From: a virus
Taxonomy: Duplodnaviria; Caudoviricetes
Direction: 5' to 3' (one strand)
Length of the DNA: 64,000 nt
Virus record (IMG/VR): IMGVR_UViG_3300028887_000075
Span: 1-64,000 of that record
Positions 1 to 8,242 of this stretch are shown here, in pieces. The position numbers were made by a program, and so were the translations under genes. The notes beneath the pieces are model-generated. The model was not told the origin of the DNA. It searched no databases and was given only the letters and a program-made list of their open reading frames with translations. Every line of letters begins with the position of its first letter. Position 1 is the stretch's first letter.

Positions 1-387
1 GTTCGACCAGTGGCTCTTCATGTTCAGTACGCCGCTGGTCTTGTCGTAGCACATGGAGAGCCACTGGTCGAACAGGGTCTTCCTGAAGTTGTCCTTGCTG
101 TCGTAGAACGGTTTCTGCCTCTTCAGGTTGTACTTGTCGGCATACGAGTTCTGGTCCATGACCATCAGCGCCTGGTCCACATAAGGGCCGTAGAAGCCGA
201 CATGGTACTTGTTGACCACGTGGCCGCGGGCCATCGAGTAGAATTTCGGCATGTAGTAGTCGAGAAGTCCGACGTGCCCGGTACCCTGGGCCGCCTGGTA
301 GTCACGGCCCATCATGTCCTGGGACGTGGCGCCGGTACGCCAGTCGGCCTCATCCTGAATTACACCCTTTACGCTATTGGTGGCCAT
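1..387 (-). CDS. Partial CDS running off the window start; probable tail/baseplate protein
   Basis: Manual translation MATNSVKGVIQDEADWRTG... is open to position 1; starts 10 nt after the stop of the gp3-like gene; function inferred from context only. Confidence 0.6.
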   Translation of the reverse strand, partial: MATNSVKGVIQDEADWRTGATSQDMMGRDYQAAQGTGHVGLLDYYMPKFYSMARGHVVNKYHVGFYGPYVDQALMVMDQNSYADKYNLKRQKPFYDSKDNFRKTLFDQWLSMCYDKTSGVLNMKSHWSN

Positions 388-396
388 CTACTCGCC

Positions 397-1089
397 TCAC
401 TTGTCGTACGCGTTGGAACTGGTGCTTACGCATATGGCGCTCATCAGGCTGTTCGGGTCAGGTAGCCGGATAATCTCCTTGAGCTCGTATAGCACAGTCA
501 TGTTGAAGGGAACCGGGTCGACTGAACCTGGATTAGGCTGCAGGTCAGACAGTGCGGTTATGCGGCAGCGCTTGAACCGGACAATCATCCTCTCCTGTGA
601 GTTGTCGTCGGCACAGTGGATGTCGATGTACGGGATAAAGGTCAGCCTGTTCCTGTACCTGTGGTCTATTCCGTATATCCTGTGGTTCGGGTTCATTATG
701 GGATAGGCGTCGGTAAGGCCGCTCATCACGGTTTCCATGTACCTGTGCAGCCCCCACCAGTTTTCGTAACCCTGGTCGGCGAGCATCGTTATGGTAAGCG
801 GGTCGTCGTACTGGTTGTCTTCCTGGGTGGGTATCCTGGTACGGAACTTGTAGTGATATTCCTGTTCGAAGCTTTCCTTGAGCCCGTTGCAGATGTAGTT
901 CTTGATGAGCGCGTTAACCATCTCGGGAACCGGAGCCGTATGCGGTATTGGCGTATCGGTCGCGTCATGCGCCTCGTCGTGCCACGACACCGGGATAGGA
1001 CCGATTGTACAGCGCCAGAAGCCCTGATGCACTGGCGTCGGGGCGTGACGCATTATACGCACGGTTTCTCTTTCCGGGGCCAGTGCCAT
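397..1089 (-). CDS. T4 gp3-like tail tube terminator/completion protein
   Basis: YDDPLTITMLADQGYENWWGLHRYM and C-terminal VRFKRCRITALSDLQ...FNMTVLY resemble the T4 gp3/tail-tube fold family. Confidence 0.55.
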   Translation of the reverse strand: MALAPERETVRIMRHAPTPVHQGFWRCTIGPIPVSWHDEAHDATDTPIPHTAPVPEMVNALIKNYICNGLKESFEQEYHYKFRTRIPTQEDNQYDDPLTITMLADQGYENWWGLHRYMETVMSGLTDAYPIMNPNHRIYGIDHRYRNRLTFIPYIDIHCADDNSQERMIVRFKRCRITALSDLQPNPGSVDPVPFNMTVLYELKEIIRLPDPNSLMSAICVSTSSNAYDK

Positions 1090-1092
1090 CGG

Positions 1093-2025
1093 TTATCCCT
1101 TGATAGCGGTCGGGACCTTCTGCTTGCCCATGGCGGACTTCGGCTCGACGATACCGGTATGGTCGCCCTTGCCCGGCTTCGCAGCCTCGGACTTGATGAC
1201 GACGTTGTTCGGCGTAGCCTGGAGTTTCGTATCATAGGACTTGGCAATGACGGTCTTGGCTTCGCCAACCTCGTTCACCACAGTCTTGCCCTTGATGATT
1301 TCATCAGGAACCTTCTGCTTGCCCATGGCGGATTTCGGCTCGACGATGCCGGTATGGTCGCCCTTGCCCGGCTTTGCAGCCTCGGACGTCACCACGACAT
1401 TGTTCGGGGAGGCCTTTAGGGTCTCGTCGAAGGACTTGACTACCGTAGTAGCACCGCTCACGTCGGAGACTTCCGGCTTTTCCTTGATGATGTCGGTCGG
1501 GACCTTCTGCTTGCCCATGGCGGACTTCGGCTCGACGATGCCGGTATGGTCGCCCTTGCCCGGCTTCTGGGCCTTGGAGACCTCGACGAACTTGGCAACG
1601 CCGAGTTCCTCGACCGTGGTGTTGACCTTGCCCTCGATGGACTTCTCGGTAACCTTCTTCAGTGCCTTGAGTGAACTGGTGAGCTTCTCCGGCTTCGGCT
1701 GCTTGTCGAGCGTGTCGATGACGACGCTTCCGAAAGCGTCAATACCGGTAACCGGCTTGGCGGCCTTCTTTTCCTTGGCCTTCTCGGCCTTGAGGAAGTC
1801 CTCCCACACCTTGTCGATGCGGACCTCGCCCGGGTTGAAGTCGACCTTGTCCTTGACCACGCCGGTCTTGTCACCGAGCTTGACCGCAGCGGACTGCGGA
1901 CCCTTCGGCGTCCAGAACGGGAAGAAGGTCTCCTGGTCGATGTCGTTGCTGTTCTTCTTCGAGGATTCGAGCATAGCCTGGCCAAGGAGCTCGGATTCCG
2001 TCGGCAAATCGTACATATCAATCAT
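1093..2025 (-). CDS. Lys-rich repeat-containing putative virion protein (start reassigned to 2025)
   Basis: TATAAACT motif at 2057-2064 upstream; three KPGKGDHTGIVEPKSAMGKQKVP repeats; longer ORF overlaps the divergent gene. Confidence 0.7.
   Translation of the reverse strand: MIDMYDLPTESELLGQAMLESSKKNSNDIDQETFFPFWTPKGPQSAAVKLGDKTGVVKDKVDFNPGEVRIDKVWEDFLKAEKAKEKKAAKPVTGIDAFGSVVIDTLDKQPKPEKLTSSLKALKKVTEKSIEGKVNTTVEELGVAKFVEVSKAQKPGKGDHTGIVEPKSAMGKQKVPTDIIKEKPEVSDVSGATTVVKSFDETLKASPNNVVVTSEAAKPGKGDHTGIVEPKSAMGKQKVPDEIIKGKTVVNEVGEAKTVIAKSYDTKLQATPNNVVIKSEAAKPGKGDHTGIVEPKSAMGKQKVPTAIKG
1115..1566. repeat. Three ~65-bp intragenic direct repeats (1115-1179, 1310-1374, 1502-1566)
   Basis: ACCTTCTGCTTGCCCATGGCGGAYTTCGGCTCGACGATRCCGGTATGGTCGCCCTTGCCCGGCTT, spaced 195 and 192 nt (in frame). 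Confidence 0.9.
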
Positions 2026-2056
2026 GTTTGGTACCTGTAGATTGAAATTCTCTGGT

Positions 2057-2093
2057 AGTTTATATGCCCTCGACCCTATTCCCGGTATAAACT
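2057..2093. promoter_or_regulatory. Divergent pair of TATAAACT (putative late/phage-sigma) promoters
   Basis: AGTTTATA at 2057-2064 (minus) and TATAAACT at 2086-2093, 7 nt before ATG 2101. Confidence 0.7.
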
Positions 2094-2100
2094 CTATGGC

Positions 2101-3207
2101 ATGAAGGCCAGGAAGATTGCAGGAATCCGTCTCATCAACTACATCAACGACGGAATTACGTGGAAGTCCCACAAGGACGTTATACTTGACTTCTGGATTA
2201 TGAAGAAGTGCCACGAGTACGGATACACCCCGTACCAGTTCCGCAACATGTTCCATGTCGTCCAGCTCCCTACCGAGGCACAGCAGAAGTACGAGCAGTG
2301 GTTCAACTCCTACGACTTCCAGAACGAGACCGACAAGGACTGGCTCGAGTTCGTAAACGGTACGCTCAACCTGTTCTACCATACTGACAACCCGAAGCAG
2401 GAGGACGACGATTGCTGGTATCTCGACATGATGCAGTCCGAGGTTGAAGCCCGCAAGATTGTTAGCGAGCAGGTGTATCACGGAGAACCAAACCTAGATG
2501 CATTCTGGAAGATTTCTACACAGTCAAAGTCCGAGGAAGTCGGTGGTCGCCGTAACGGATATATCTACGTGTCCAAGCTCGGTGAGGTGAAGCCCAAGGA
2601 TACCGAGGGATACTACTGGGGCGTCGCCTTCCAGTGTCCCGAGACGGTAAGCCTCGGATTCAATGACAACGGTGTCAACCGCCGCAAGTGCATCGCGTGG
2701 GCGGCTAACGCCGAGCACATGACCCTCGTGCAGATTGGGGCGGACGGGAGGTTCCGGATTGTCCCGGTGTTCGTCGAGGGCAAGGCGTGGAAGGCCGACC
2801 GGTGGATACCGGAAGGCCAGGTTTCGCAGGCTCCCATGTCCTCCCAGGCGCTGCTCAAGTACATCACCGAGAAATTCCCGTCGCTCTACGGAGTATGGGA
2901 TACAATCGACGAGAAGGTAAAGCACGTCCGCGAGCAGTCCACCGCAAGGCTTACCGCGTTGAACACGATGAACGACGAAGAGGTCAAGGTCGGACGGGTA
3001 ATCGGCGACCTGGACAAGTTCGTCCGCGAGGGTAACGTATCCGACGAGCGCCGGGAATATAACAAGGAAGTCCGGAAGGCAGTCATGAAGAAGCTGCGCA
3101 TCCGCGAGAAGGAGGCCCGGAAGGTCGCGAGCGACATCGCCAAGGCCGAACGTCGGAAGGACAAGCGCAGCAGGTCGAAAATAAACCCGACTATCACACC
3201 TAATTAG
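2101..3207 (+). CDS. Hypothetical protein with basic coiled C-terminus
   Basis: 368-aa ORF with genome-typical codon usage and an upstream promoter motif. Confidence 0.75.
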   Translation: MKARKIAGIRLINYINDGITWKSHKDVILDFWIMKKCHEYGYTPYQFRNMFHVVQLPTEAQQKYEQWFNSYDFQNETDKDWLEFVNGTLNLFYHTDNPKQEDDDCWYLDMMQSEVEARKIVSEQVYHGEPNLDAFWKISTQSKSEEVGGRRNGYIYVSKLGEVKPKDTEGYYWGVAFQCPETVSLGFNDNGVNRRKCIAWAANAEHMTLVQIGADGRFRIVPVFVEGKAWKADRWIPEGQVSQAPMSSQALLKYITEKFPSLYGVWDTIDEKVKHVREQSTARLTALNTMNDEEVKVGRVIGDLDKFVREGNVSDERREYNKEVRKAVMKKLRIREKEARKVASDIAKAERRKDKRSRSKINPTITPN

Positions 3208-3216
3208 AGTATACCG

Positions 3217-4641
3217 ATGTCAGAGTTTGTAGACTACATAATGAACGAATTGCATAGTGGATATTCTCTGAAGAATGCCTTGGTTGAATCCTATGTCGCT
3301 TTGTTCGAGGACGTCGCCTCGACCGCCGCCCATAAGACCAAGAGGGTCATCCGGGAGCTGTTTCCTCAACTTTCCGAGAAGTGGGACTCCGTTGCAGTAG
3401 ACGATACCGGCCGACCTATCCTGACGATGACTGGGAAGAAGCAATCGTATATCGAATATTTCGAGAGGAACATCCGAAATAACTTCTTCCATGACGGCGA
3501 GAACCAGAAGTTCGAGCCCGGAGTGGCGAGAATCGCCTACGGCGAGCTGAACATGGAGAACCGGGGGGAGGATTCGAGGAAGCTTTCATCCCTGAAGAAA
3601 ATTGTAATGTTGATTTCGGACGGCCATGCGGAGGAATACGATTCCGACCTGAACGGGCTTTCCTATTCCGACCTGGAGGCCAGGTTCGGAACGGTCGTCC
3701 AGAAGGCCGATGACGAGCTCAAGAACGAATTGACTTCTACCAAATACAAGTCCAGCGACTATGTCATCGAACCGATACCCGATTTCAAGACGGCGAAGAA
3801 GTTCAGCAAGTATACCAATCCTGACTCCCGGTGGTGCATCACGCACATGAAAAACATGTGGGATAGCTACACTTCGGACGGTCTTAACAAGGTCTACTTC
3901 GCGTACAAGCCCAACTTCAAGGAAGTTAGTCGGATAACGGGGAAGAATGCCCCGCTCGACGAATACGGGCTTTCCCTGATTTCCATCATTGTCGACCCGT
4001 GGGAGAATCTCCGCGCAGTCACTACCAGGTGGAACCATGACAACGGCGGCTCGGACCAGGCGATGGACGCGCGTCAATTATCGAAACTGCTCGGCGGCAA
4101 CGTGTTCGGGCTCTGTCCGCCTCCTCCGAAACCGGAACAGCATATCGACCGGGTGGACGAGGATTCCGTACGAATCGGCGACCAGATTTGGATGTGCCAC
4201 AACCTCCAGATGCCCGCCAACCCGGAACACGGCATCTATGTTGTCGACGGGGAGACATACTTCACCTGGGAAGCTGCAATGCGGGTATCTAAGAAATACG
4301 GGAATGGCTGGAGACTCCCTGCCAAGGAGGACTGGAAAAAACTATCCGACTTCTGCGGTGGGGCATCCAAGGCCGGTTCTCACCTGAAGTCTACTTCCGG
4401 CTGGAACGGGGAGAACGGGTTCGACACCTATGGGTTCGCCGGGAAGCCTGCCGGGTTCTACTCTCCCGATGGCTCCAGGGTGTACCGCGTAGGCTACGGC
4501 GGTTACTTCTGGTCATCTGCGCCGGAAGGTGCTTCGGGCGCATACGGCTGTAACCTCGGCGGCAGCGGCAGCTACTTCCACGACTACTACTATGATAGGT
4601 ACGTCGGGTTGTCCGTTCGGTTGCTCAAGGATTCCGCTTAA
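3217..4641 (+). CDS. ALFE-leader family protein: conserved core plus C-terminal FISUMP (Fib_succ_major-like) domain; possible DGR target
   Basis: Core FEPGVARIAY/DEYGLS/RWNH shared with 26589 and 29361; C-terminal IGDQIWMCHNL...GWRLP...YFWSS...SVRLLKD. Confidence 0.8.
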   Translation: MSEFVDYIMNELHSGYSLKNALVESYVALFEDVASTAAHKTKRVIRELFPQLSEKWDSVAVDDTGRPILTMTGKKQSYIEYFERNIRNNFFHDGENQKFEPGVARIAYGELNMENRGEDSRKLSSLKKIVMLISDGHAEEYDSDLNGLSYSDLEARFGTVVQKADDELKNELTSTKYKSSDYVIEPIPDFKTAKKFSKYTNPDSRWCITHMKNMWDSYTSDGLNKVYFAYKPNFKEVSRITGKNAPLDEYGLSLISIIVDPWENLRAVTTRWNHDNGGSDQAMDARQLSKLLGGNVFGLCPPPPKPEQHIDRVDEDSVRIGDQIWMCHNLQMPANPEHGIYVVDGETYFTWEAAMRVSKKYGNGWRLPAKEDWKKLSDFCGGASKAGSHLKSTSGWNGENGFDTYGFAGKPAGFYSPDGSRVYRVGYGGYFWSSAPEGASGAYGCNLGGSGSYFHDYYYDRYVGLSVRLLKDSA

Positions 4642-4699
4642 CCGGGTTCCGATGCGCCCGCGGCAGGCGTAGCCCCGCGGTGGAAGGAACCCGTAATTT

Positions 4700-4730
4700 A
4701 AAGCCCGCCATATGGCGGGCTTCTTTGTTT
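4700..4730. terminator. Bidirectional intrinsic terminator
   Basis: AAGCCCGCCA-TA-TGGCGGGCTT followed by CTTTGTTT, between convergent genes. Confidence 0.8.
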
Positions 4731-5286
4731 AAAGTTCGTGGTCGAGGTCCTCCCCGGTATCTCCCGGTTCCTCCCCGCCTTCTCCTTCGCCGCCTTCGTC
4801 GAACTCGTCGTCGAGTCCGTCGAGGCCGAGGTCCTCGCTGCTCCCGGAGTCTTCCCCGAACAGGTCGTCGCCTTCCCCGCCATCTTCGGCGAACAGGTCG
4901 TCGTCGGCGAACAGGTCGTTGCCGAAGTCCTCGTCCGGGTCACTCCCGAAGCCGAGGTCGTCCTCGGTAGGCGCCAGGGAGTCACCGGGGATTGCCGTTC
5001 CGAAGTCCGACAGGTTTCCCTGGTCGATTCCGGTGTCGATTGCCTTGTCGAGCGCATCTTCCGGGTTCACGTTCTTCCCGTCGTCGTATCCGGCTCCGGC
5101 TGCGAGGTCGAACACGCCGTCTCCTTCGGTCTCCATCGGGTTCGTCCCGACCTTCTCCCGGAGGTTGTCGAGGGCCGCGGCGGTGCCGACACCCTCGAAA
5201 ATCTTGTGGTACAGGGATTCCACCCGCTTCCTGAGGAGGGGGTCGTACTCGGTGAGTTCCTTGGTGAATCTGAGAAGGGCGTTCAT
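4729..5286 (-). CDS. Highly acidic protein with YHKIFEG leader motif; putative head-internal/scaffold-like protein
   Basis: D/E/G-rich C-terminus; GATAAACT motif upstream at 5310-5317. Confidence 0.7.
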   Translation of the reverse strand: MNALLRFTKELTEYDPLLRKRVESLYHKIFEGVGTAAALDNLREKVGTNPMETEGDGVFDLAAGAGYDDGKNVNPEDALDKAIDTGIDQGNLSDFGTAIPGDSLAPTEDDLGFGSDPDEDFGNDLFADDDLFAEDGGEGDDLFGEDSGSSEDLGLDGLDDEFDEGGEGEGGEEPGDTGEDLDHEL

Positions 5287-5309
5287 AATTTTTCCTCTTT
5301 CCATTGCGC

Positions 5310-5334
5310 AGTTTATCGTCTTTTGCTATATTTG
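5310..5334. promoter_or_regulatory. Back-to-back promoters: GATAAACT (minus) and TTGCTATATTTG (plus)
   Basis: AGTTTATCGTCTTTTGCTATATTTG; near-identical copy at 46332-46357. Confidence 0.7.
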
Positions 5335-5367
5335 GAGGCAACTGCTAACTAAAACGGAGAATTTCTT

Positions 5368-5949
5368 ATGAAATCAAAGGACGGAGCACTCAAGCTCGAC
5401 TTCATGGGCGGCCTCACCAAGTTCGTTACCAAGAACAGCGAGGTCCGCAAGTTCCAGGTCAAGACGTTCGGCAACGGTAACGACAGCGAGATTACCGGCA
5501 TTTCCAAGGCGTTCGGCAAGTGGGCGGACCGCGGTAACGTGCCCGAGCTGGCCAACTTCGACGAGAAGGTTCCCAGCGCGATGGTTCCCTGGAAGATTAC
5601 AATCCCGATGGGCGACTTCGGCATCTATGTGGACATGGACTTCGGTCACGACATCTACGGCGACGAGAAGGGCTTCTGCCTGAAGGCCATGCTTACCGAG
5701 GTAGTGTTCTCCGTGAAGAAGGGCGAACGCGAGGCTGTGTTCACATTCCTGAAGAACGGCGACGAGAGCGACGACGCGTTCTGCCGCGAGTTCCTCAACG
5801 CCAAGGAGGAGAACGAGAAGGGCAAGATGGTTCCGAAGCCGTTCCAGATTATCCTTGAGGAATGCGAGTCCTTCGTCATCGGCAACGAACCGGTCGAGGA
5901 AGAAGAAACCGAGGATGGCGACCCCGAACCGGTGGTCTACGAAGGATAA
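5368..5949 (+). CDS. Hypothetical protein
   Basis: 193-aa ORF, GGAG SD, typical codon usage. Confidence 0.75.
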   Translation: MKSKDGALKLDFMGGLTKFVTKNSEVRKFQVKTFGNGNDSEITGISKAFGKWADRGNVPELANFDEKVPSAMVPWKITIPMGDFGIYVDMDFGHDIYGDEKGFCLKAMLTEVVFSVKKGEREAVFTFLKNGDESDDAFCREFLNAKEENEKGKMVPKPFQIILEECESFVIGNEPVEEEETEDGDPEPVVYEG

Positions 5950-5958
5950 GGGGGGAAC

Positions 5959-6534
5959 ATGAAGATACTGAAGGCAACCAAGAAGCCCGTCACTATCGAA
6001 TGTATACAGTTCGACGGAAGGAACATCTCCGAAATCGAGAAGTTCGTAGGGAAGGAACTCAAGTTCAACGTGTTCTCGGATTCGGCATACGAGGCAGGCG
6101 TCGCGCCTCCACTGTTCACTGTCGAAATCGAGACCCTGGAAGGCAACCATACGGCTCTCCCAAACGACTACATCATCAAGGGTGTCAAGGGAGAGTTCTA
6201 TCCGTGCAAGCCTGACATCTTCCTGCGAACCTACAATATCGAGGATGACGGCAAGACCAAACTGTTCAATTTCGGTAGGGCGCTCGAGCTCCTCAAGGAA
6301 GGCAAGAAGGTATGCCGACTTGGATGGAACGGCAAGGGCATGTTCATCGTGCTGCAGCCGGGTTCCACGGTGAAAGGCAACCTGATGCGCAACGCGCCTG
6401 CCAAGGAATTCTACGGCGACGACGACGTATCCATTCGGGCGCACATCGACATGAAGGCTGCCGACAACTCATATACGGTCGGATGGACGGCCAGCCAGGT
6501 CGACATGCTTGCTGAAGACTGGATGGAATGCTAG
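5959..6534 (+). CDS. Two-domain protein: conserved phage domain (KKPV...GEFYPCKPDIF) fused to a DUF2829/Tad2-like domain
   Basis: C-half FNFGRALELLKEGKKVCRLGWNGKGMFI...GWTASQVDMLAEDW matches the DUF2829 pattern. Confidence 0.7.
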   Translation: MKILKATKKPVTIECIQFDGRNISEIEKFVGKELKFNVFSDSAYEAGVAPPLFTVEIETLEGNHTALPNDYIIKGVKGEFYPCKPDIFLRTYNIEDDGKTKLFNFGRALELLKEGKKVCRLGWNGKGMFIVLQPGSTVKGNLMRNAPAKEFYGDDDVSIRAHIDMKAADNSYTVGWTASQVDMLAEDWMEC

Positions 6535-6537
6535 TTC

Positions 6538-6870
6538 CTAGATAAAGCGCCTGGTGACAGGATTAGTGCAAAGGACGGCGACGGAGAGATGCTTCGTCGT
6601 CTTCTTTCTTATACGGACACGCTTCTTGCGTACCGGTGCCTGCACGGTAGGTGCCGGTGCCTTCGCCGGGGCTTCTGGTGCCTTTACCGGGGGCTGCACC
6701 GGGACCGCTACAGGTTCCTGCACTGGTGCTGCCGGTGGTTCCGGGATTGTTTCCGGTTCCTGCACTGGGGTCAACTCGGGGGTTTCCTCGGCTGCTTCCG
6801 GGAGGTCCCTGGGTTCTTCCGGGAGGATATTTTCCTGGTCATCTAAAATTTTCTTGCTTTTGCGAGCCAT
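6538..6870 (-). CDS. Pro/Glu-rich low-complexity hypothetical protein
   Basis: Start MARKSKK 8 nt downstream of TATAAACT (6879-6886, minus). Confidence 0.6.
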   Translation of the reverse strand: MARKSKKILDDQENILPEEPRDLPEAAEETPELTPVQEPETIPEPPAAPVQEPVAVPVQPPVKAPEAPAKAPAPTVQAPVRKKRVRIRKKTTKHLSVAVLCTNPVTRRFI

Positions 6871-6927
6871 ATAACCGGAGTTTATATTAGTTTCATTCCC
6901 AAAGAGAAAAACTCCAAGGAGATAACA

Positions 6928-7566
6928 ATGGTACAAGCAATAGCAATCTCAATCGTGGTAATCGGCATCGCCATCTACCTCGCGCTGTTCTTCCGCGGCA
7001 GGAAGGCCGGCAGCGAGATTATTGACGAGCTGGAAGCCCAGGCCGACGAACCGGAAACCGCCAAGGGTGAACAGGAAACACCGTTCAGCTCGGTCGAGAC
7101 GAGCAGCACCGGCACCGACGCCGCACTCGCCCACGACAGTTCCTCCGTAACCAAGAACATCACGTTCGAGGACACAATCAAGGGTGAGAAGGTCGTGGTC
7201 GAGGTTCCGTCGAAGGATGCCCGCAAGCGCCGCGTGGCCAAGAAGGTGACACCGGCCATCAAGAAGGCTCCCAAGAAGAAGCCGGTGACTACCGGTGACC
7301 TCGTGAAGGCACTCGAGGAAAAAATCGAGAAGCGCACCGCGCTCCTCAAGGACCTCAAGCTGAATACCGAGACCGACGCCACGCTCAAGCGCTACAACAA
7401 GATGCTCGTCGCCCTCAAGGCGAAGAAGACATTGCCGAAGAAGGTCGAGACCAAGAAGGTCCCGGTCGTCAAGGTGCGCGTGGTCGAAGAGGAAGTCAAG
7501 CCGGCGAAGAAGGCAAAGAAGCCCGCCAAGAAGACGACCAAGAAGACTAAGAAGTCGGCGAAATAA
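6928..7566 (+). CDS. Membrane-anchored protein with histone H1-like Lys-rich tail
   Basis: N-terminal hydrophobic helix; C-terminus KPAKKAKKPAKKTTKKTKKSAK; AAGGAG SD. Confidence 0.75.
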   Translation: MVQAIAISIVVIGIAIYLALFFRGRKAGSEIIDELEAQADEPETAKGEQETPFSSVETSSTGTDAALAHDSSSVTKNITFEDTIKGEKVVVEVPSKDARKRRVAKKVTPAIKKAPKKKPVTTGDLVKALEEKIEKRTALLKDLKLNTETDATLKRYNKMLVALKAKKTLPKKVETKKVPVVKVRVVEEEVKPAKKAKKPAKKTTKKTKKSAK

Positions 7567-7585
7567 CCTGCTTCAATGCCGACAA

Positions 7586-7616
7586 GAAGGGCCGGGGAAG
7601 TTCCCCGGCCTTTTCC
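7586..7616. terminator. Bidirectional terminator
   Basis: GGCCGGGGAA-G-TTCCCCGGCC followed by TTTT, between convergent genes. Confidence 0.75.
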
Positions 7617-7835
7617 TTATTTATATCGGTAGACTATTCTTCCCCGCCCTAGGTCATATGGACACAGTTCCACCTGTACCCTGTCATCGGGGTTCACCTT
7701 GATAGTATGCTTGGTCATCTTGCCGGAAGGTCTCACGAGCGCCTCGCACCCGTTGTCCAGTTCCACCAGGAAGAACCCGGAACCCCTGGCCTCCCTGACG
7801 GTGGCGTCGAGATATATGCCCTCTTCCTTAGCCAT
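7617..7835 (-). CDS. infA: Translation initiation factor IF-1
   Basis: 72 aa; MAKEEGI...FLVELDNG...SGKM...DRVQVELCPYDLGRGRIVYRYK. Confidence 0.92.
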   Translation of the reverse strand: MAKEEGIYLDATVREARGSGFFLVELDNGCEALVRPSGKMTKHTIKVNPDDRVQVELCPYDLGRGRIVYRYK

Positions 7836-8145
7836 CCGCCATCCCCAGCTTCTTCCTTAGATGGGACTCCACGAACACGTACTCCCGGTCGATGGCCGTC
7901 ACCTTCCCGTCCCTCTCGGAGAAAATGAGAACGCCGTCCCTGTTGCGGTAGACATCGCAGTCCTTCCTGCTCTTGGAACAGATTATGGTGATTACGAAGT
8001 CGGAATAGGTGTATCCCGGACCCCTCATGCCAATCAGCTCGACCGTCCCGGAGGTCCTGCACAGCTTCTTCAGGGCCTTCTCCACGCAGTAGCGGAAGTT
8101 CTCCTGGTCGATATTTAGAAGCATTTCTGGACTGGTATCTTGCAT
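7828..8145 (-). CDS. Hypothetical protein upstream of infA
   Basis: Start 8 nt after TATAAACT (8154-8161, minus); stop overlaps the infA start. Confidence 0.6.
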   Translation of the reverse strand: MQDTSPEMLLNIDQENFRYCVEKALKKLCRTSGTVELIGMRGPGYTYSDFVITIICSKSRKDCDVYRNRDGVLIFSERDGKVTAIDREYVFVESHLRKKLGMADG

Positions 8146-8173
8146 AAAAACAAAGTTTATATACTTTTTACAT

Positions 8174-8211
8174 GATAAACTGTTGACAAGTTGTGAATAT
8201 TGTGTTATTTT
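8174..8211 (+). promoter_or_regulatory. Tandem promoters for the sigma gene: GATAAACT and a sigma70-type TTGACA-17nt-TATTTT
   Basis: TTGACA 8183-8188; TG-n-TATTTT with hexamer at 8206-8211; GATAAACT 8174-8181. Confidence 0.6.
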
Positions 8212-8242
8212 TATGTCAACTAACCAGGGAACAAGCGCCGCT

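Noticed and set aside
1115-1566. Regular direct repeats as a CRISPR array
   Set aside because: 65-bp repeats with ~130-bp related spacers, in frame within a protein; no cas genes
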